32,000 bases of DNA from Desulfotalea psychrophila LSv54 (GTDB lineage: Bacteria > Desulfobacterota > Desulfobulbia > Desulfobulbales > Desulfocapsaceae), in NCBI RefSeq assembly GCF_000025945.1, contig NC_006138.1:1830001-1862000 (forward strand), written 5' to 3'. Below are positions 27,724-32,000 of the stretch, piece after piece (position 1 is the first letter of the stretch; the number at the start of each line of letters is the position of its first letter). Under the pieces are notes generated by a model, which did no database searches, was not told where the DNA came from, and saw nothing but the letters and a program-made list of their open reading frames with translations. Both the position numbers and the translations under genes were made by a program.

Positions 27724-27797
27724 GTAGAGACGTCGATTTATCGCGTCTCCGATGTACCCGGCAGCGCACATGAGACGCGATGAATCGACGTCTCTAC
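27724..27797. repeat. Dispersed repeat copy D, near-perfect 26-bp terminal inverted repeats
   Basis: GTAGAGACGTCGATTTATCGCGTCTC-cgatgtacccggcagcgcacat-GAGACGCGATGAATCGACGTCTCTAC (25/26 arm pairing). Confidence 0.9.
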
Positions 27798-30700
27798 TTA
27801 TCTTTTTTGGGAACCCATTTTTTTTTCCGGGCTGGCAGATCAATGGCCTTCTTGCTGAAGAAGAGGGCCTGATAACCGAGAATCTCCTCTACTCCGTCGG
27901 AAAGTTGCCGGCATGGGCGTAGGGTCATATCCCCTGTTACATCGATATCTACCTCGCCCTTCTGGGGGATTTTGAGGGTGATACCCACCGGACAGTTGCC
28001 GTGGTAGCCGTAGAAATGTTTTTTTATCTTTTCCAGTTTCATCCGGTCAAGTCCCTCGGCTTGCAGGCGCAGGCTGACCTTATCGGTATATTTTTCCCGT
28101 GCCTGTTGGATGGTGTCGATTCGCTCGGCGATGATCTTCGGGCCTCGCTCAGTCTGCTGTACCCTGCCAAGTACGACGATGGGTTCCGTACCCTCAAGGA
28201 TCTCCTCACATTCGGCATAGGTGCGGGGAAAGACCACCACCTCCACCGCCTCAAAAATATCTTCGATGGTGATAAAGGCCATGGCATCGCCCTTTTGGCT
28301 CCGATGCTTTTTATAGGTACGTACCAGTCCGCCAATACGCACCGCCTGATCCTCATCCTTATCGACAAGGTCGTGGATTTGGGCGTCGATGATGGTCTTC
28401 AGCTCTGGCATAACATCGTCTAAGGGGTGGCCGGTGATATAAAAACCTACAGTCTCCTTTTCAAAGAGTAGCTTCTGCTTATCGCTCCACTCCTCCATGT
28501 CGGGCATATGTAGGCTGTTTACCTCCTGATCTTTTTGTCCAGCGCTGGGTTGGGCCACGGCAAAAAGAGATATCTGACCACTCTGTTTATCTCTTTGCAC
28601 GGCCTTGGCCTGTTCCATGGCCTTTTCTAACACCTCGATAAACTGTGACCGTTTATAGCCCAGAGAATCAAAGGAACCAGATTTAACCAGGGATTCGATG
28701 ACCCGTGAATTTACCTTGCGGGAGTCTACCCGGTTACAAAAATCACTGATGGAGGTATAGGGCCCGTCTGCCTGTCGTTCTTCGATGATGGAATCCAGGG
28801 CTGCCCCACCAACATTTTTCACTGCGGCCATACCAAAACGGATCCGGTCGTTGATAACGGTGAAATCCTTGAAGCTCTCGTTGATATCAGGGGGTAAGAC
28901 CTCTATATGCTGCTCTTTGCACTCATTGATATAACGCACCACCTTATCGGTGTTGTTCATATCGCAGGAGAGCAGGGCCGCCATAAATTGGGCGGGGTGG
29001 TGGGCCTTGAGATAGGCCGTCTGGTAGGAGACCAGGGCGTAGGCTGCGGAGTGGGATTTATTAAATCCGTAACCGGCAAACTTGGCCATGAGATCAAAGA
29101 CATATTCGGCCTTGTCCAGGGGCACCTCGTTTTTTTCCGCCCCCTCCATAAACTTGACCTTCTCCTCGTCCATTACCGCAGCGATCTTTTTGCCCATGGC
29201 CCGGCGTAGAATATCGGCATCACCAAGTGAGTAATTGGCAAGGATACTGGCGATCTTCATTACCTGTTCCTGGTAGACGATAACGCCGTAGGTCTCCTCT
29301 AAAACGGGTTTAAGTTGGGGCAGGGGATAGTTGGCTTCGGCCCGACCGTGTTTAGTTTCGACAAAGTCATCCACCATACCGGAATCCAGGGGGCCAGGGC
29401 GATAGAGGGCCACCAGGGCAATGAGATCACTGAACTGTTCCGGTGCCATCTTCACCAACAGTTCCCGCATCCCCTCGCTCTCTAGCTGGAAGACACCCAG
29501 GGCATCACCGCGGCAGAGCAGGTCGAAGGTCTTGGGGTCATCCATGGGGATGGCGTCGATATTAAGCGGAATCTTTTTGTCGGCATGGACGTGCTTGACC
29601 GCCTTATCGATGACGGTCAGGGTCTTAAGACCAAGAAAGTCAAATTTGATAAGTCCCGTCATCTCCGTATGCTTCATATCATACTGGGTGACCCGTTCAT
29701 CCGCTTCACCACCACGGCAGGTGGGCAGATAGTGGGTCATGGGCTCGGGGGAGATAACGACACCGGCCGCATGCACAGAGGTATGACGAGCCAGCCCTTC
29801 CAGCGTTTTCGAGACCGAGATAAGTTCTTGTATCTGTGGATCATTGTCAGCGGCCTCCTGCAGCTTGGGTTCCTCTGCCAGGGCCTTTAACAGGGTCATT
29901 TTTAGCTGGTCGGGCACCAGCTTGGCAATGCGATCCACTTCGGTAAAGGGGATGTCAAGTGCCCGGCCCACATCGCGAATAACGCCTCGGGCCTTCATGG
30001 AACCATAGGTGATAATCTGGGCTACGTGTTCGGCGCCACCGTATTTACGGCGTACATAGTCGATGACCTCTCCGCGGCGATCCTGGCAAAAATCGATATC
30101 AAAATCCGGCATGGACTTTCTTTCAATATTGAGAAATCTCTCAAAGATCAGTCCATAGGGCATGGGATCAATATTGGTGATCTTCATGGCGTAGGCGGCA
30201 ATACTACCGGCACCGGAACCACGGCCGGGCCCTACGGGGATATCCTTGCTCTTGGCCCAGTTGATAAAGTCGGCCACGATAAGGAAGTAACCAGGAAAGC
30301 CCATGGTATTGATAACATCAATCTCCATTTCAAGACGGGCCTTGTAGGTTTTTTCGGTATTGTCCTTATAGCTTCCCAGGGCGCGCATTTCCTCAAAACG
30401 GGTCTCTAAACCCTCCCAACATGCGGTGGTGAACATGGTGGAGAGACTCTCTCCCTCGGGCACGGGAAAATTGGGAAAATAGTAGTCATCGAAGGTGAGC
30501 TCAAGGTTGCATCTGTCGGCAATTTCCTGGGTGCTGGCGATGGCTTCCGGACAGTGATGAAAGGCCCGTTCCATCTCTTTGGGAGATTTAAAATAAAACT
30601 CGTCGGAGGAGAAACGAAAACGATTGGTATCGTTTATAGTCTTACCCATCTGGATACAGAGCAGTACCTCATGGGCATGGGCCTCTTGCCGGTTGAGGTA

Positions 30701-31324
30701 GTGACAATCGTTGGTGGCGACTAGTTTGACTCCCATCTCCTTTGCCAGGATTTTGAGTCCGGCATTTACCGGTTGCTGCTCAGCAATGCTGTTTTCCTGC
30801 AACTCAAAGTAGAGACGATCACCAAATATATCATGGAGCTCCTGAGCCTTTTTCCGGGCCCCGTCCATATCACCCTTCATGATCAGATAGGGTACCTGAC
30901 CGTGCAGACAGGCGGTGAGGGCAATGATTCCCTCGTTATATTCCTGCAACACGGCCATATCAATTCGTGGTTTATAGTAAAAACCGTCGGATTGGGCGAT
31001 ACTGGCCATCTTCATCAGGTTTTGATAACCTGTTTTGTTCATGGCCAGAAGGACGATATGGTAGGCTGTCTGCCCATTGATTTTTTTTTGCTCGCGCATA
31101 TCGCCGGGGGCAATATAGAGTTCACTGCCGACGATGGGTTTTATCCCTGCTTTTTTTGCCTTGGTGTAAAATTCCAGGGCACCATACATGGCCCCGTGGT
31201 CAGTGATGGCCACGCTGTCCATGCCAAATTCTTTGCATTTATCAATGAGATCGGGAAGACGGATGGCCCCGTCTAGAAGGCTGTATTGGGTATGGACATG
31301 AAGATGGGTAAAACCTGCACTCAT
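27794..31324 (-). CDS. dnaE: DNA polymerase III alpha subunit
   Basis: FTHLHVHTQYSLLDGAIRL (PHP), PVGPGRGSGAGSIAAYAMKITNIDP, PDFDIDFCQDRRGEVIDYV, AKFAGYGFNKSHSAAYA; start at 31324 with AGGAG upstream. Confidence 0.98.
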   Translation of the reverse strand: MSAGFTHLHVHTQYSLLDGAIRLPDLIDKCKEFGMDSVAITDHGAMYGALEFYTKAKKAGIKPIVGSELYIAPGDMREQKKINGQTAYHIVLLAMNKTGYQNLMKMASIAQSDGFYYKPRIDMAVLQEYNEGIIALTACLHGQVPYLIMKGDMDGARKKAQELHDIFGDRLYFELQENSIAEQQPVNAGLKILAKEMGVKLVATNDCHYLNRQEAHAHEVLLCIQMGKTINDTNRFRFSSDEFYFKSPKEMERAFHHCPEAIASTQEIADRCNLELTFDDYYFPNFPVPEGESLSTMFTTACWEGLETRFEEMRALGSYKDNTEKTYKARLEMEIDVINTMGFPGYFLIVADFINWAKSKDIPVGPGRGSGAGSIAAYAMKITNIDPMPYGLIFERFLNIERKSMPDFDIDFCQDRRGEVIDYVRRKYGGAEHVAQIITYGSMKARGVIRDVGRALDIPFTEVDRIAKLVPDQLKMTLLKALAEEPKLQEAADNDPQIQELISVSKTLEGLARHTSVHAAGVVISPEPMTHYLPTCRGGEADERVTQYDMKHTEMTGLIKFDFLGLKTLTVIDKAVKHVHADKKIPLNIDAIPMDDPKTFDLLCRGDALGVFQLESEGMRELLVKMAPEQFSDLIALVALYRPGPLDSGMVDDFVETKHGRAEANYPLPQLKPVLEETYGVIVYQEQVMKIASILANYSLGDADILRRAMGKKIAAVMDEEKVKFMEGAEKNEVPLDKAEYVFDLMAKFAGYGFNKSHSAAYALVSYQTAYLKAHHPAQFMAALLSCDMNNTDKVVRYINECKEQHIEVLPPDINESFKDFTVINDRIRFGMAAVKNVGGAALDSIIEERQADGPYTSISDFCNRVDSRKVNSRVIESLVKSGSFDSLGYKRSQFIEVLEKAMEQAKAVQRDKQSGQISLFAVAQPSAGQKDQEVNSLHMPDMEEWSDKQKLLFEKETVGFYITGHPLDDVMPELKTIIDAQIHDLVDKDEDQAVRIGGLVRTYKKHRSQKGDAMAFITIEDIFEAVEVVVFPRTYAECEEILEGTEPIVVLGRVQQTERGPKIIAERIDTIQQAREKYTDKVSLRLQAEGLDRMKLEKIKKHFYGYHGNCPVGITLKIPQKGEVDIDVTGDMTLRPCRQLSDGVEEILGYQALFFSKKAIDLPARKKKWVPKKDK

Positions 31325-31664
31325 TGGGTTTTGCTCCTGCAAAAAAGGTAAACTGGCCCTGCGGGCCTTGAAAAAACGGCTAGTATACAACACTCGCCAC
31401 GGCGAAAAAAGAGGCGAATTCTAAATAAATATTTAAGGTCTGTTTCTTCGTTGTAAGAGGCGGTAAAGATGGAATTAAATAAAAAGTATTTTTTGTCTGC
31501 AAAGAGGAGCTTATTTCCCTCCTTTCTGCCAACTAAAAATAATTTGTACGATTTTTGTACAAGGTGGAGATCACCTTTAGGGGCCTCTGCCCTGAGGATG
31601 GCCAGGAGAGAGGGGTATTCCACCTCCCTCCTGCTCTCAGCTACAACAGGCCTCCATTTGTAAA

Positions 31665-32000
31665 TTATGCGAGAACCTGTTTTTTAAACTCTTCAATACC
31701 AATACGCTCGATGAAGCGGGCTGTTCGTTCCCGTTTCTTAGAGTTATCCAAATAGTATTGGACACATTTTTCCATGAGGGCGAGGAGTGCTTCGTCATTT
31801 AAATCTTCGGCAATAAGGTCAGAAATACGGGCCTGTCTTCCGGAGTGACCGCCAAAAAAGAGGGACCAGCCACTCTTCTTACCGGTAATACCAATATCGC
31901 GGACAGATCCTTCGGCGCAGGTAAAAGGACAGCCGGAAACACCAACCTTCAATTTGGCAGGAAAATCACGTCCGGCCAGGAGCTCTTCAATGTGCTGACC
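31665..32000 (-). CDS. Siroheme nitrite/sulfite reductase-like 4Fe-4S domain protein, C-terminal part (5' end beyond window)
   Basis: GQHIEELLAGRDFPAKLKVGVSGCPFTCAEGSVRDIGITGKKSGWSLFFGGHSGRQARISDLI...; frame open to the window edge. Confidence 0.8.
   Translation of the reverse strand, partial: GQHIEELLAGRDFPAKLKVGVSGCPFTCAEGSVRDIGITGKKSGWSLFFGGHSGRQARISDLIAEDLNDEALLALMEKCVQYYLDNSKKRERTARFIERIGIEEFKKQVLA

Noticed and set aside
28001-31276. Several plus-strand ORFs of 100-167 aa inside dnaE
   Set aside because: Antisense shadows of a strongly conserved gene; no own start signals or family similarity.
31321-31663. ORFs 31321-31623 (minus) and 31469-31663 (plus) upstream of dnaE
   Set aside because: Opposing, overlapping and without domain signal; probably the promoter/intergenic interval of dnaE.
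1-32000. tRNA or rRNA genes
   Set aside because: No cloverleaf with terminal CCA or rRNA-like conserved blocks noticed by eye; a tRNAscan-SE run would be needed to exclude them formally.

Overview
The window reads as a chromosomal segment of a Gram-negative, probably sulfate-reducing deltaproteobacterium-like genome. Organism is inferred from gene content only. Left to right it carries: a 5' fragment of a DUF748/AsmA-like gene (missed by the ORF track because it runs off the edge); cdaA-cdaR(ybbR)-glmM; grpE-dnaK; trpS; a cyclophilin+FKBP fusion PPIase; two tandem A-type flavoproteins (ROO/FprA-like); a small ferredoxin; a Fe-S (CCG-domain)/TVP38 fusion plus a second TVP38-family protein; a repeat-rich region around a methyltransferase gene; a decayed HAD phosphatase; a second methyltransferase; a rubredoxin-type rubrerythrin; a flagellar block (fliT-like, fliS, fliD, flaG, a 1128-aa flagellin); a frameshifted DUF559 gene; dnaE; and a partial siroheme sulfite/nitrite reductase-like gene. 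The strongest find is at 16128-16970 (minus). The methyltransferase reading frame stays open through two in-frame UGA codons. Each UGA is followed after 11-13 nt by a 6-7 bp stem with a 5-nt, G-containing apical loop, as expected of bacterial SECIS elements. This predicts a two-selenocysteine ArsM/UbiE-like methyltransferase that a standard ORF caller truncates at both ends. The same gene is bracketed by two direct copies of a dispersed repeat (GTAGAGACGTCGATTTATCGCGTCTC...), which occurs four times in the window. One copy supplies the dnaE stop codon. Other observations include a MITE-like 168-bp inverted-repeat element, Fur/PerR-like operators shared by oxygen-defence genes, a flavoprotein copy with no canonical start codon, and a modular giant flagellin.
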